A DNA stretch of 64,000 bases from Pavona decussata (taxonomy: Eukaryota): NCBI GenBank assembly GCA_977016875.1, contig CDRNST010000354.1:124001-188000 (forward strand), in the 5' to 3' direction. This document shows, in pieces, positions 36,051-47,097 of this stretch. Each line of letters starts with the position of its first letter. The stretch's first letter is position 1. Made by a program: the position numbers and the translations under genes. The notes under the pieces were generated by a model. It ran no database searches and was not told where the DNA came from. It saw nothing but the letters and a program-made list of their open reading frames with translations.

Positions 36051-39000
36051 CGTTAGCGCTAACCATGCTTCGAGCAACTCAGCCCTGGGTGAAGAGAGAC
36101 TATCTGGAGCAAAGATTCTTGTCTAAGGAAACAACACAGCAACGAAGAGACCAAAGTAGCCACCTAGACGCAAAAATGTTCTTGTTTTGTCAACAACTTT
36201 AAGAAGGGGGAGGGAGGGCGGAATCACTTCTCTGAGACGAATCGAATTAACCTGTGCAATCCTTACTTTTTTGGATGGCCTTCAAAGAGCGAACGAAAAT
36301 TTTCCAGCGTACCATATTTCTTAGTGCTTTTTCATGTGATACTACTGATTTCTTCACAAACTTGGCTAAGACGCTAATTCTCATTGAGAAGAGTTTATCG
36401 ACTCTTGGGGTCGCGTGTTTCACCGCCACTATATTTTACCTTTGGTCAATTCTTCGACCCATCATTAGTTGGCTAGTGTGTTGAGAACACCCGCACGTTT
36501 TTTGTTCGCGTGATCGGGTCGTGCATTTTGTCGTGCATTGAACACGTGCTTTAGGTGTTATTTATAGGACTCGTGGTTGCGTGCTTGAACTATGATTTTT
36601 GTTCACTGGCGAAGTCAGTCTACTCTTGTGCCTTATCGCGTTAATATGCACGTGCGGTCGATCGTGTGCGTTGACGTGTAAGCGTGCACGTGTACTCTTT
36701 AGGAATTAAAGGAGCAGTGTCACCTATCTTTAATGTCACATTGAGTGGTCAATAAACATATTTGAATCGGTGGAATCGTTAAAATAATTGTTTAGTTTTG
36801 TTAATAATAACCCTACTAGTGCACAGAAACCATCTTTGGCTGCGGATGGCTAGGATGGAAATGGATTGCAGCTTGAAAAAAATAAAAATGGCCAATTTTT
36901 TCAAGTTCTTCTTGTGTACTGATTTTAGGGAAGTCGATAAAAATTTATTATAGTTAGTTCTTCTTTGAAGAAATCCCTTAAAGGGAGGGGTTCACATTTC
37001 AGCGCATTTGCATGAATCTAAATGCTTTTTACTCTTTCTTATCAACTTTATGGCCTTAAAAATCCCACTCACGTGTACTTCAGTAATCACATTCTATTAT
37101 TAGTCCAAGCAAAATGACTGATGACCAAAATTCACAGAAAATGCTGGTGGATTGTACTCATATTGTCGATATTGAATTTAGTGTTGACCCGTAGGATTTA
37201 TTCCATGGTTAATGTGTTTACAGTTATTTGCATGCGAAATAACGCAATCATATGAAAAAATTACCACCCGAGTAACCTATTCCCTTCCGAATGGTTCAAT
37301 AAACAACGAACTAAATTAAACAGGCTTGGGTCACAGCGAGCAAAGGCGAAAAAGTATTTTGATCCATGGACATGCGCACAACAGTGAACCCTCCCTTTAG
37401 TATTTTCTTCCCGGTGTTCTAAACAGCAATTTCATGTTAGCAGAAAGGTTTTCGTCAAATATTTGAGCACTTTGAACCAAAATACAGCAAAATCGCTGTG
37501 ACAATGCCACTTTAAGTTGTGAGTCAGTCCTGGAGGGCGTCTGTTCTATCCGGCGAAAGTTTGGTCGTTTCTGCGACCAAACGTGAGTTTACTTGTGCTG
37601 GCCGTATTTCGGCTTGTGGTGTTTGAAAAAAATATACTGCACCCCTTTCTCTTAGCGCAAAAATGACTAGCCTGTTCCGATGACAGTTAAAAATTATATA
37701 AACTGTTCCGTAAAAGAACTAATAAAAAATTTGCACCTTAAACAACTAAAAAATAAAATAAGGAGAAAAGAAATTAAACGAGCGGATCCGTTCGGATTTA
37801 GTGCGTACTATCTCGGGGATCTTAATAGGAATTAGATCCACGGAGTTTGCAAGTTTTTTTTAAACCAAAATTTACGTCCCGAAGACATTAAGGACCAGTT
37901 ATTTAAACTGTCTAACTTAGGGCGCGGTTTAAGACAATCAGTGAGCCTCCAAATCTGTTGATAAGTGGTTTGTTTTAAGTAGGTAAATAGTTTTCTAGTC
38001 TAGGATGCAAGCCTTCTTGTTGACAATGTTTAGATATGATTGTTGCCAAAATTGAAAATGGCTTAGAACGTGGTTTTGTTAAACTCTGTCGAAACTGTCA
38101 TTTAATAACTGACCCTTACATTCCCGCATACAAAGCTCTTCAATTTGTACCATGCCTCTATTTTAAGCCTTCACACATAAAATGTCCTCACTTTGTAAAA
38201 ATTGCGTATTTTGTGATGCTTTTTCACAAGACTTTACCAGTAGCCCAAGAACTTTTCACACTCACAAGTCTACAGTATCTTACCCTTTCTAATATCTTAT
38301 GTCGAACATCTTCTGAAATCCACTCTGCACTTGCAACGTGGAATCGCAAGTCCACCTTAGTATTAACTGAAAGAAAATTCCTGAGGTTAGGGTTTATAAA
38401 TGAGCTTCTTCTGGCAACGGGGTTGGAGTAGCGTTCTGTGGCACAAGCGTTATTTAGCATAATTTTGAAGTGTACATAAATTTAAATTAGCATCAAAACG
38501 GATATGTTGTGGTTTAATTTTATCCTTGGTTCAATTTCTATTTTTCTTTGTTTTATACTCATCATCATACATTACCATATACAAAAACAAAGGAAAATTA
38601 AAATTGAACAACCACAACAGATACATGACTTGGCATTCAGAGAGACTAAAGAGTACCCACCCTCTCATTTTACCCTAGCTGGACTGAATGGCCCAGTAAA
38701 GAAACCAAGGCAAGTCTGTGTACTGAAGCTCCACTGATGACACAATGCTTGAAAGCACAGATGACAATTCAGATATGATGAGGTGACAACACGTTATCTA
38801 GCCTCTTACGCAGACTCTTTGGGCTCGTCATGCATTTCTCCCCTACAAGCATCAGAATGCAAAACGAGCCCAAAGGAAGTCTGCAGAGGAGGCTAATTAA
38901 ATTACAGTCGACTCCCGATAACTTGAACCTTCAAGGGAAATTGGAAAAGGTTCGAGTTATCGGGAGTTCGAGTTATCGAGGGTAAAATTATATAGAAAAT

Positions 39001-42000
39001 GACCTGAAGGGAAAGGAGAATTGGTTCAAGTTAGTGCGTGGTTCAAGTTAAGGAGGGTTCGAGTTATCGGGAGTAGACTCTATCAGCATTGCACGTACAT
39101 TGAAATTATACATTGATAATAACATGATAGCCACAAAGATAAAAGCTTTTGAAAAGTTTTGCCTTCTTCTCTGCTATTCTTGCTTCTCTACACAGAAATC
39201 ATGGCCTAAGTCGCTACATACATTAATCAGGTTTGACATTCAAACCTATAATCATAACACAGCTGATCTTTGCCAGTGTTTTGCTTTTAAGTTCTACGTC
39301 CCTCAAACAAGCCCACCATCCCATAGGAGACAAATTCATGCCCAAAACTCTTGACTGAGGAATGTAGGGTATTATGGAAAGAAAATGGACAAATTTTTAC
39401 AGTATATTGTTACTGTGAGAAAACAAGCATACTTTAACAATCTTTCAAGATCAAACCCGCCGACTGGTTGGCTCAGTTGGTAGAGCACCGGGGTCCCGTG
39501 CGGGAGGTCGCGGGTTCAAACCCCGGCCGGACCACCACTCAGGGTCTTTAAATAACTGAGGAGAAAGTGCTGCCTTTATAATGGCATCTGCAAATGGTTA
39601 GACTTTCTAGTCTTCTTGGATAAGGACGATAAATTGTAGGTCCCGTCTCACAACCCTTGCTCATGATTACTTTGTGGGACGTTAAAGAAGTCAACCCACA
39701 CACTGTTTGCAAGAGAAGGGGACGTAGTTACCGGTGTTGTGGTCTGGCCTTCTATCTTTCATACCCATGCTTGGGTTAAGTGGGTGGGTGGGTGAGAGCT
39801 ACTATGGACCGATAGCTGCTGCCAGAGGCGCCTTCACATGCTGACGTCCGATCTCACCCCATAGAAATGTAAACCGCCATGAGACTTGGTGATATGTGCG
39901 GTATATAAGAATTCATTCATTCATACATTCAAAACTAAAACTTGGTATATTTTTACTTTCATATTTGATTGATTCATTTGCATTTTAATAATCACTTCAA
40001 TTTCAGTCAATACTATATTACCTTTGTTCACATTTTGTCCCCCTGGTCCTGAGCTTCTTGCATATTTAATTGTCAAACTATCTGTAATTCAATGAGACAG
40101 CGGAGTCACTTCTGAATCAATCATCGAACCTGTTCATTAAATCACTTTTAAACTGCCCTTTGTACTTGTTATTATTCAATAAAGCAATGTTCATCAGGGT
40201 TGCAACTTGTCATGATAATAAAAATTCCCACGCTTTTCACTGACGACAAACCACTTTTCAAGGTCTGCAGAAGATAATAATTTCTCGCCAATAAAGCCAG
40301 CAATGAAACCATAGAATATTAATTCCTTCCTAAAAGTCTTTTGACTGAAATGACACGACCTTTGCCAACAAGGAAATACTTTCCCAAACCTGGTAACTAA
40401 CTTTGAGATAGAATTTAGTATTAATTTTCCGTGATTTGATACAAAATTCCCTGCCCTTTAAACTTGCGTCTGAAAACTAGAGCTTTTAATTTTATGTCGA
40501 GTATCCATTAACAAATGCTATTAATTGTCAGACAACAGTTTCACTGACAGGAAATTCAGTTTGCTGGAAGACGTCTTGCAAAAATACACTCACATGGAAC
40601 ATTATGGTGCACTAAGTACTCCAGCAAAGTGAATCTCTTGATGGCAAACTGTTGGCTGACAGCTTCTTACTTTGATTAGACAGTCAACATGAACAAATAA
40701 GAGATTTTTGAGAAAGTCTTACGTTTTATTTAGCAATAAAAATGAAACTGGAGTAATTATATTCCTTTGTGAGCAGCATGTTCACCTCAGCTGCTTTCCA
40801 CATATGATAGATTTCTGCTATCTCCAACACTTGGGGAAATAAAAATTATTGATGGTTTGCATGTGACATCATGATGTCCATGTTGGTGGACAGGAACAAT
40901 GAGATTTTTCTCCTCTGAGAGTTACCTGCCATTTTTATGCAAACTTTGTGAACATATTTTCTTTCGTTTAGTCCACCAACATGGCAGCGATGCAAACCAC
41001 CTATAAAGAATTGTTTGAGAATGCCGGAGTTCTAGATAGGCAAGAACAGGAAGATGTCGGACACTGGGAATCGTCTTACCAAGTGGAATCCTCCCCTTGT
41101 AATAATTGACATGTGGCACATCATCATCCTTAACAAAAAAATATATTATATTAATAAACGCATATTTTTTTCAGTGCGTTTACACAGGCATACTCAGAAA
41201 AAGCAAATCTGAGTTCTCCTGACAGGAGTCGAAGCTAAGACCTTCGGATTACTAGTTTGGATGTTCTACCACTGAGCTACAGGAGACTCGTGGGAGCTAA
41301 CGCCATTACAGTCAATCCACGTCACGCGTGACCAGTATTTCCGAAAATGAAATGAACATTCTAACTCTTTGTAATGTCGGGCATTTGAATGGAATGTTGA
41401 AATACTTGGGAAACAATAACAATTACTGTTATTCTTGAAAATTATACTTATTAATGCTGTAAAATAAAGAAAAATTCGTAGATTTATACCATCAATAAAC
41501 TAGGGAAATTTGTACAGGAACTTAGAAATCTTGTTGGTGATGTTCAAAACTGACATGTAAATTTCAAAACTCTGTTCAAATTTCACAACTACCAGTAATA
41601 TGTATCATGGATTGACTGTAAGCTAGGTTCATGTGACAAAAATTCTGCATACTGCTAGTACATGTAGACAGGGAGACCACAACCGCTTAACCAATTGTTA
41701 TAGTGGACCCATGTGAAAGAAATATGATGCTATATTTCAAGCCTGCTTTATAAACAACTGATGTATTTTTTTCAACGAGTAACACAGGCATACTCGGAAA
41801 AAGAAAATCAGAGTTTTCCCAACAGGAGTCGAACCTAAGGTCTTTCGATTACTAGTTCGGATGCTCTACCACTGAGCTACAGGAGACTTGTGGGAGCTAA
41901 AGCCATTCAACTAGGTTCATGGGACAACCATCCTACATACTGCTAGGATTTGAATATATGTAGATGTACATTACTTTTGAGATTCAAAAGGAGAGCATCC

Positions 42001-42810
42001 ACACCCTTCCTTCCCCTCTGTCCTCTAGCCCTGGCCTCTTTTAGAAAACATTTGAATCTTCATACCTGAAATCCCGAGCCATCTGACAATTTTAAATACA
42101 AAATTATGAAGAAAACAAGACCGAGAATTGATATCATTGTAGAAATCAAATTTTGGTTTATTACAAGATAGTTAAAACTTACAATATTTTTGCTCTATTA
42201 CAGAGTTTATATGGCCTCGCTTTCTTCACTTCATATCTGAAGTCATGCAGTGATTAGCCCATGGACTTTTCTTGATTGTAAAATGGAAAACACACACATA
42301 TCACTCATTCTAGAGAAGTGACTTAAACGTGGAGAGGGGTTGCAGGATATCACATGAGGAAAGCAGAGGAATATCACTAATTAAGTATATCGGGAGCTAG
42401 CTAGGAGGATGGGGGGCGGGGGGGGGGGGGGAGCTTCTAAAGATGTACAAGATTTCCGCACATTTTCCGACTCAAACTCTCTTCCTGCTCGTCATTTGCG
42501 GTAGAGGGCTACTATTTATATATGGGGCCATGCGGAAACCTTCCAAAATGCAAGGGGAAATATCAAATATCGCCATCTATAGTCCGCTCTTTTAACCTAG
42601 CTACATGTACAATAGCAGCCACTGAACAATTTTTGGCATCTTTGAGATTATTTACCTTGTTTTCAATACTCCTCAGCTTAAAAAAGGACGTGTGAAGATA
42701 CAGTGCTGTAAGTGCGTTCAGTCTTCTCTGCAACAAACCACGTGAGGTGATGAAAGACGAACAAGAACGGTTTAAAAAGCTCCGCAACATTTCACCTTCA
42801 TGGCCGCCAT
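22491..42810 (-). CDS. ICT1: Mitochondrial peptidyl-tRNA hydrolase ICT1 (mL62/MRPL58), about 175 aa
   Basis: GT-AG exons in compatible phases: 42810-42796 MAAMK; 42727-42656 RRLNALTALYLHTSFFKLRSIENK; 41128-41080 DDDVPHVNYYKGRIPL; 40081-40022 DSLTIKYARSSGPGGQNVNK; 38366-38284 VNTKVDLRFHVASAEWISEDVRHKILER; 23691-23522 EKNRINKDGELVVSS...NLEDAI...; 22569-22491 LMKEANEKRLRVKKYLSDKKRDRKNF*. GGQ motif and basic tail present. The two 5' exons are less certain. Confidence 0.92.
22642..23024. mobile_element. Kolobok-type MITE in the last ICT1 intron
   Basis: GTAA|AGGGACAGTATCA ... TGATACTGCCCCT|TTAA. Confidence 0.7.
24175..24264. mobile_element. Short MITE with CAACCTCGTTCCCAGG-type TIRs
   Basis: CAGCCTCGTTCCCAGG / CCTGGGAACGAGGTTG. 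Confidence 0.65.
26200..26668. mobile_element. Tc1/mariner-type MITE upstream of the GPCR
   Basis: TA|CAGTAAAAACCCGCATATAAGAACCTAG ... CTAGGTTCTTATATGCGGGTATTTACTG|TA. Confidence 0.9.
27131..28018 (+). CDS. Intronless rhodopsin-class GPCR (cnidarian adenosine/melanocortin-receptor-like orphan), nested antisense in an ICT1 intron
   Basis: Seven hydrophobic segments; LLSLAVSDL (TM2), SADRFLAVHLHLRYQELVT (DRY-like), CYLP (TM6), NSSLNPVIY (NPxxY). First ATG at 27131; frame is open further upstream. Confidence 0.93.
   Translation: MEAGGEFYSWYVVYCVVNAFLCCTAIMFNIITIHAINKTSSLPKPLKTLLLSLAVSDLGVGLLVHPLYVATLVMEMKTKDNPIHSKTYLSFASQANLFLNVSFAGVTALSADRFLAVHLHLRYQELVTHKRVVAVVTSLWLLSAVFSLVTLWTPVNVIYPIVIIIVVACLITAAFLNYKIYMAVRRHAHQIQALQVQQVAPNGEVPNVGRVRKSAEATIYIYLVFLVCYLPQASMLLFTTITSSNSSLNTVIFRGTLSLVLLNSSLNPVIYCWKMRNIRHALMEILRNTFSSGNN
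30015..30243. mobile_element. TTAA-flanked Kolobok-type MITE, same family as 19444
   Basis: TTAA|AGGACCCTAGTCAGCC ... GGCTGACTAGGGCCCT|TTAA. Confidence 0.9.
30473..33323 (+). mobile_element. Kolobok DNA transposon (single-ORF type), right terminus clipped
   Basis: TTAA|GGTGGCTCAATAGGCAAAAAA at left; TTTTTTGCCTATCGAGCCAC at right, lacking the last C and TTAA. Confidence 0.85.
30857..32716 (+). CDS. Kolobok-type DDE transposase, 619 aa, uninterrupted ORF
   Basis: VSGDGTW, FLGDGDS and TQNRNE catalytic motifs; CPVC and CRECM Zn motifs; ECVGHVQKR; GGRGRLT; C-terminal YEAGVF. Confidence 0.9.
   Translation: MPKFRSTRRKIRKFNGNQLVKKAKRTESENLNVEESTELEKSEESESEQTDHEGPAEHEEPCCSSSASASKLESKSTDVMNEVEPDSMEGFRFIDIAILATVFNSLWCPVCKYGHVVMEEDRGAKMGFASLLVLKCTARKCSFVKQFYTSAKVEKSRAFEVKRRIVLATRNIGVGHQGLVKFSGVMNMLSPMNENAYRDHVDAIRNAAERVAKQSMMNAVEEEKGFYEPDSDGVYDIGVSGDGTWRKRGFSSSSGVVTAISLLTGKTLDVEIMSKECRECMGWRDKQGTPEFDEWWESHQAFCHANYTGSSGSMDAAGVLAIFQRSIENYSVRYVEFLGDGDSKSHNLLVNEVVYGDIEVTKLECVGHVQKRLGSRLRSLKKRTGQARLEDGKGIGGRGRLTDKTIDSLQVYYGKAIRENTHDIGAMQNAVMAIWHHTQATDDNPDHDLCPPGEHSWCGFQRDQANGTTDYTHEHPFPPAVAKAILPSFEALSDRDLLSRCLHGGTQNRNEAINALIWQRATKEMHSGLPVVELATFLAVAHFNDGAASLLLVLEELGIAPGVHSVAACDKLDSTRIRHSNRKSSEPAKKRRKQLRNWKKGYSETLEAQEGPSYEAGVF
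33740..34340. mobile_element. Sola3-like MITE (GAG...CTC termini, TTAA TSD, about 70-bp TIRs)
   Basis: TTAA|GAGGCTGTCCGCGTTAGAACGG... / ...CCGTTCTTACGCAGACAGCCTC|TTAA; empty site in the paralogous block at 25323-25326. Confidence 0.85.
35542..35696. mobile_element. Hairpin MITE with CAGGCCCCGGTTGTTCAAA TIRs
   Basis: CAGGCCCCGGTTGTTCAAAG / CTTTGAACAACGGGGGCCTG; GGATAA subterminal repeats. Confidence 0.8.
35803..36145 (-). mobile_element. SINE-like repeat with a nested hairpin MITE (35965-36087)
   Basis: Body with GGGATGCTAGTCCATCG and CCATTTATACACCTGGGTGAAGAGAG interrupted at CCTGG by GGCCCAGTTGCTCGAAGCATGGTTAGCGCTAAC and its reverse complement. Confidence 0.65.
36710..37511. mobile_element. 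Kolobok-type MITE containing a second TTAA MITE (36982-37396)
   Basis: Outer TTAA|AGGAGCAGTGTCAC ... GTGACAATGCCACT|TTAA; inner TTAA|AGGGAGGGGTTCAC ... GTGAACCCTCCCT|TTAG. Confidence 0.75.
37890..38116 (+). repeat. Dispersed repeat, inverted copy at about 59012-59255
   Basis: AAGGACCAGTT...CGCGGTTTAAGACAATCAGTG...CTCCAAATCTGTT...GAAAATGG matches the reverse complement of the 59-kb copy. Confidence 0.8.
38905..39080. mobile_element. Tc1/mariner (pogo-like) MITE
   Basis: TA|CAGTCGACTCCCGATAAC ... GTTATCGGGAGTAGACTC|TA; GTTCGAGTTA repeats. Confidence 0.8.
39457..39931 (+). mobile_element. tRNA-derived SINE
   Basis: A box TGGCTCAGTTGG, B box GGTTCAAACC, SINE body and (ATTC)n tail. Confidence 0.85.
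41165..41950 (-). repeat. Tandem dimer of a 288-bp tRNA-like repeat; first copy split by a TA-flanked MITE (41309-41618)
   Basis: Minus strand GTAGCTCAGTGGTAGAGCATCCGAACTAGTAATCGAAAG...GGTTCGACTCC in both copies; a further fragment at about 8780-8845. Confidence 0.8.
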
Positions 42811-43637
42811 TAAATTTACCCAGCTGCCACAGCGTGCCTTCGAAAAATCATCAATCGCGGGAAATCTGTCACGCGTCACGTAATGCTCTTTGCCATAAGT
42901 CAAGAAAGAGCGAGTAATCTCGCAAAACGTCACGTACTCTAGGTCAACGCGCAAACATAATTAACACAAGTGTCTGAAGATTGTTCCTCTTTGATTGGAT
43001 AGATTGTTGCATGTCATGGAAAAAGGCGAGATAAGCGGGAAAAAAGTATGAGTCATTTCTCCTATTTTCAGTTTTTCACATTCAATTGTCAATTGTCACG
43101 CAATTGAATATGCGTCTCCGTGTAAATCATTTAAGACAAATTCTGTGAATTAAAGACCAGTTATTTACACAATGATCAGTTATTCTACAGCTCCAATCAA
43201 TATCGTATTGTACAATTTCTGATGTCAGACCGGCCATAAACGTGTGTCATCTGTGAAACGAGTTACCTTCTCCGTTTAGGGGGTTTAGACGAAAGGATGG
43301 AAAAATGGCTGACCAAGCTTTATGGAAGGAACTACGCACTTTGGTGGATTCTCATATTTTCGATAATGGCAGCTGGTCTGAGACGAGTTTCATGTCATAC
43401 GAAGTTGTAAATTTTGTTTACAATCAGAAACTGTCGTAGATTGCAATATAAAATATAGTAAACTAATTGATTGAATTGATGACATCATAATTTAAATAAG
43501 TGCGGTTTTCGAATCACGGAGATGCGCGCGGAAAAATAAACCGAAAGGCTTGGCCTTTTGAGAACATGGTCACATGACTGAAGGTGGAAAAATTGCAAGC
43601 AAAAGTGATTTTCGATGATTTTTACTAAAGCACCGCG
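42811..43637. promoter_or_regulatory. Candidate bidirectional promoter between ICT1 and the TSSK kinase
   Basis: Divergent start codons with 827 bp between them; CpG-rich patches near both starts; ATTGG at about 42994; no recognised TE. Confidence 0.45.
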
Positions 43638-46600
43638 ATGTTAAAATCTAACATCAGCCTTGTGAAAAAGAACGATTCATGGGTCCCAAAGAAGGAACAA
43701 CAGCTTTCAGCCATAGAGAAACATGGTTATACTTTGACAAAAACCCTCGGAGAAGGGGCTTATGCGAAGGTCAAGCTTGCCGATTCCAAAAAGCACAATT
43801 GCCAAGTGGCCGTGAAAGTTATCAACAAAAGGAGAGCACCTAAAGATTTTCTGAAAAAGTTTCTGCCTCGAGAAGTTCATCTAATGCATCGGTTGGATCA
43901 TCCCAATGTGGTAGGTGATGCGCTATTTGTTTGTTTGTTTGTTTGTTGTTGTGTTTTTTTGGCTTTGAATTTTGTCACTTGTTGAGAAAAATCTCCAGTG
44001 TCATGGCCATATGTTACCCTGGTTTCAGATTCCCGATGTCTAAAAAATAAAAATGAGCAAATAACCGCATCGGTGGTTTCTCTCAGTCTCTCTCGAAAAT
44101 AACTGTGTAATAAAGACAGATTTTAAAATTGCATTTCGATGCATTTGAAAATCGAGATCGTGTAGCCTGGGTACCTGAGGCGTTTTGCTATATATGTAGC
44201 TTGGCATGAACCAATTCATGTCTTAAATTTCAAGTTTCTTCTATTTTTTTGCCCTGTAAAGTGAAGCAAGCCGAGAAAAAAAAAACGCATTGCTTCAAGT
44301 TTAAGTCGCCAAGGATTATAGCCATCATTTGATTGCTATCTCAAGGCCAGTCCAGTGTTTAATTACTTTAGTTCAGTGCTACGGCATTAGCTGGAGATGT
44401 CTTCAAGCTAGAAAGCTTTGGTCACTGGCGCCACTTATTTAACTTTTTTATTTTATATTTGTATGAAAATTATGAAACGTATGAAAAAAAAAAACTATTT
44501 TAGAAAACCTCACTGACAAAATTTCCTGGAGACTATCCCGATCTCGAACTTCTGACGAATCTCGTGCTTTCAAAGCTCGCTTTCTCTGCTGTTCACACTT
44601 TGCAAATTTTTTTAGATCCGCAAAACAAAAGCAGCGGCCTGAGTTAGCTGAATCTAATCTGTAAAAGTTTCACCAGGTGCTAGAAAACCTGTATTATGCC
44701 CTTTTCCCAAGACTACCCTAATGGGTCCCGATTTAACAAAGCCTTAAGAACGAACTTGGGTCACCTCCACCCTTACTTGAGTTTGCTGAATTAAGAAGCT
44801 AGAATCTACAATAATCTACCCTGTGACGACCCTGTGAGTATTATTTTCATAGATCAGACTACACGAAGTTGTGGAAACTTCAACCAAAGTCTACATCGTT
44901 CTTCAGTTAGCGTCTAAAGGCGATTTACTGGAGTACGTCAACAACAACCCCATGTTAAAGGAGGAAGAGGTGCGCATGTTGTTTTGTCAGCTGGCCGCTG
45001 CCATGGCATACTGTCATAAGGAACACGTGGTGCACAGAGATCTGAAATGTGAGAATATCCTGCTTGATAAAGAAGGAAGGCTAAAAGTAACAGGTATACA
45101 AAATGCTATATACATTTTACAAACCCTCAGCCACACCAAGCACAAACAATAACATGCAGCCAGTGTCCAGCGCGCGCGGAAACCGGCATACACTAACAGT
45201 TGTTGAATTATCGGAGATAAAAAAGCAAACGTTGCTCACAAGGAGAATGCCATCTTTGTCAAACGTGGTGTCAAACATGCACCGAACCACTGCGGAAAAA
45301 GGTCGAAAACATATGTGTGCTAGGATTGTATTCGTTTTGTTTTTGTGCCTTCCTAGCCGTCCTAAGAACAATATTTTTCTCTGAATTGTCCACACATTTC
45401 AAATGAGCTTATTACAGTAATCCGCAAGCAGTGACGACGATAGTGTCATTGCCTGGAACTCTTCTCCAAATCAGTGAAGGGCCGAAGGGCAGGCGCTCTC
45501 AACACCAACTTATTTAAACGTCTCTACTCATAACTACAGTACAAAAGCGTGCATGCTTCATTTAATTCTACCACACAATAACAGGCAGGGAAACAGTAAA
45601 TGGCTTTTTCTGTGGAAACGATTAGAGACTGGAACCGGAACGTAGTTTTCGTGAGAAATCTGAAGACAAATAGAAACATATAAGCATTTTAAAGAGCTCT
45701 AAGAGCACATTTCTTATCCTTCAAGTTCAAGTTCAAGTTTGGTAAAGATTTAAACATATACAAAAAGAAGATAAGCACTGCTCGCAGTTAGCTACAGCTA
45801 TTCGAGGCGAGCAGTGGTTTTGACGCATAACAAATAACAGCAGTTCAACCTTACAGAATCAAAAAAAAGTAACTTACAATACAGTAGCAGCTAAAACAAG
45901 AGAAAGGAAAATACAATGAGAAAGAACTAGGACTAGATGTGTACAGTTAAAGAAACGAGATTTACGATAAGAAGATACTTAGCCGAAAACTTATCAATAT
46001 TTAGAGTAAAACAGGGAAGTTATACTACTTTGAGTACTTTTAAAGCTTAAAGTCAGGCGAATATCAGTCATAGTGCGAAACATAATACACAAGTACCGTT
46101 ATAAAGTTGACAAGAGCAGGATGGATTTTGTATGCAGATATAATACGCTGAGTTGTCAAGATATTTTCACTTTTTGATCAAATCAGATAGGTCAATGTAA
46201 TCATCTGCCTTCGAGAATTTTGCATTTTTGTAAAATTCGTTTTCGTTTTTTTTTTTTCGTTTTAAATCCCTACATCCAAGAATAACCTTGCTACACCTTA
46301 TTTTCTTTCCAACATATAAGGACAGCTCGAACACCCTATAAACTAGTAGTGATTGCATGAAAACGGCTTTCTTTAAAAATATACACACAGCACTACCACT
46401 CTTGACCAAGTTGGCAACGTTTAACAAGTAACAAAGTAGATGTACGTTTAAGTATAGCGACTTAAAAGCATGGTTTTCATAAATTCCAGATTTTGGGTTT
46501 GCAGTCAGCACGATAAAGAATCGTCTCTTGGAAACCTTTTGTGGCTCGTTCGCGTACTGTTGTCCTCAGATCGTCCGCGGAGAGCCGTATGATGGCAAGA

Positions 46601-47066
46601 AAGCAGACGTGTGGAGCATGGGAGTGGTGCTGTATGCGATGGCTTGCGCTAGGCTACCATTCAGTGACGAGGATATGAACGCTTTAGCTAAGGGTACTTA
46701 TCAAGGCAAGATCAAGTTCTCCAAAAGAGTCAGTAAAGGTGTGTCAGTCACTTAAAACTTTTAATTAATAAACGTGCCCAGCAAAAGTAAGGACGGCGCC
46801 TACTTTTGTTACTGCGCATACGTTCTGCGCATCCCGAGATACTCGGGTTTCCTATGGATGGTGCCTACTAGCACAGGGATATTTTTGTGCGGTTTAAAAC
46901 TATGTGGTGAAAACAGAACTTAGCAAGTGCTCTTGGCATCCAAAGAGAAAATTGGGGGTAGCCATGCATTCTTCAGAGATAATAAAGCTTCAATTTAGAA
47001 AAAAAACGCCATACATTGCTTTGTATTTAAATGCTTTTTTGAATTATTGTTGCTAAATTATCTCTG

Positions 47067-47097
<31 letters not shown>

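Noticed and set aside
36247-36484. ORFs as missing ICT1 3' exons
   Set aside because: No ICT1 similarity; the true exons are at 23691-23522 and 22569-22491.
38734-38760. Second hammerhead (CTGATGA...GAAA); similar motif at 54232
   Set aside because: No stem II or stem I pairing and no correctly placed cleavage triplet.
39457-39535. Functional tRNA gene
   Set aside because: Poor acceptor stem and it runs into a SINE body and tail; the cores at 41215 and 41815 are likewise degenerate repeats.
42061-42580. Extra ICT1 5' micro-exons
   Set aside because: Candidate AG/GT segments have stops, weak acceptors or incompatible phases; not supportable without transcripts.
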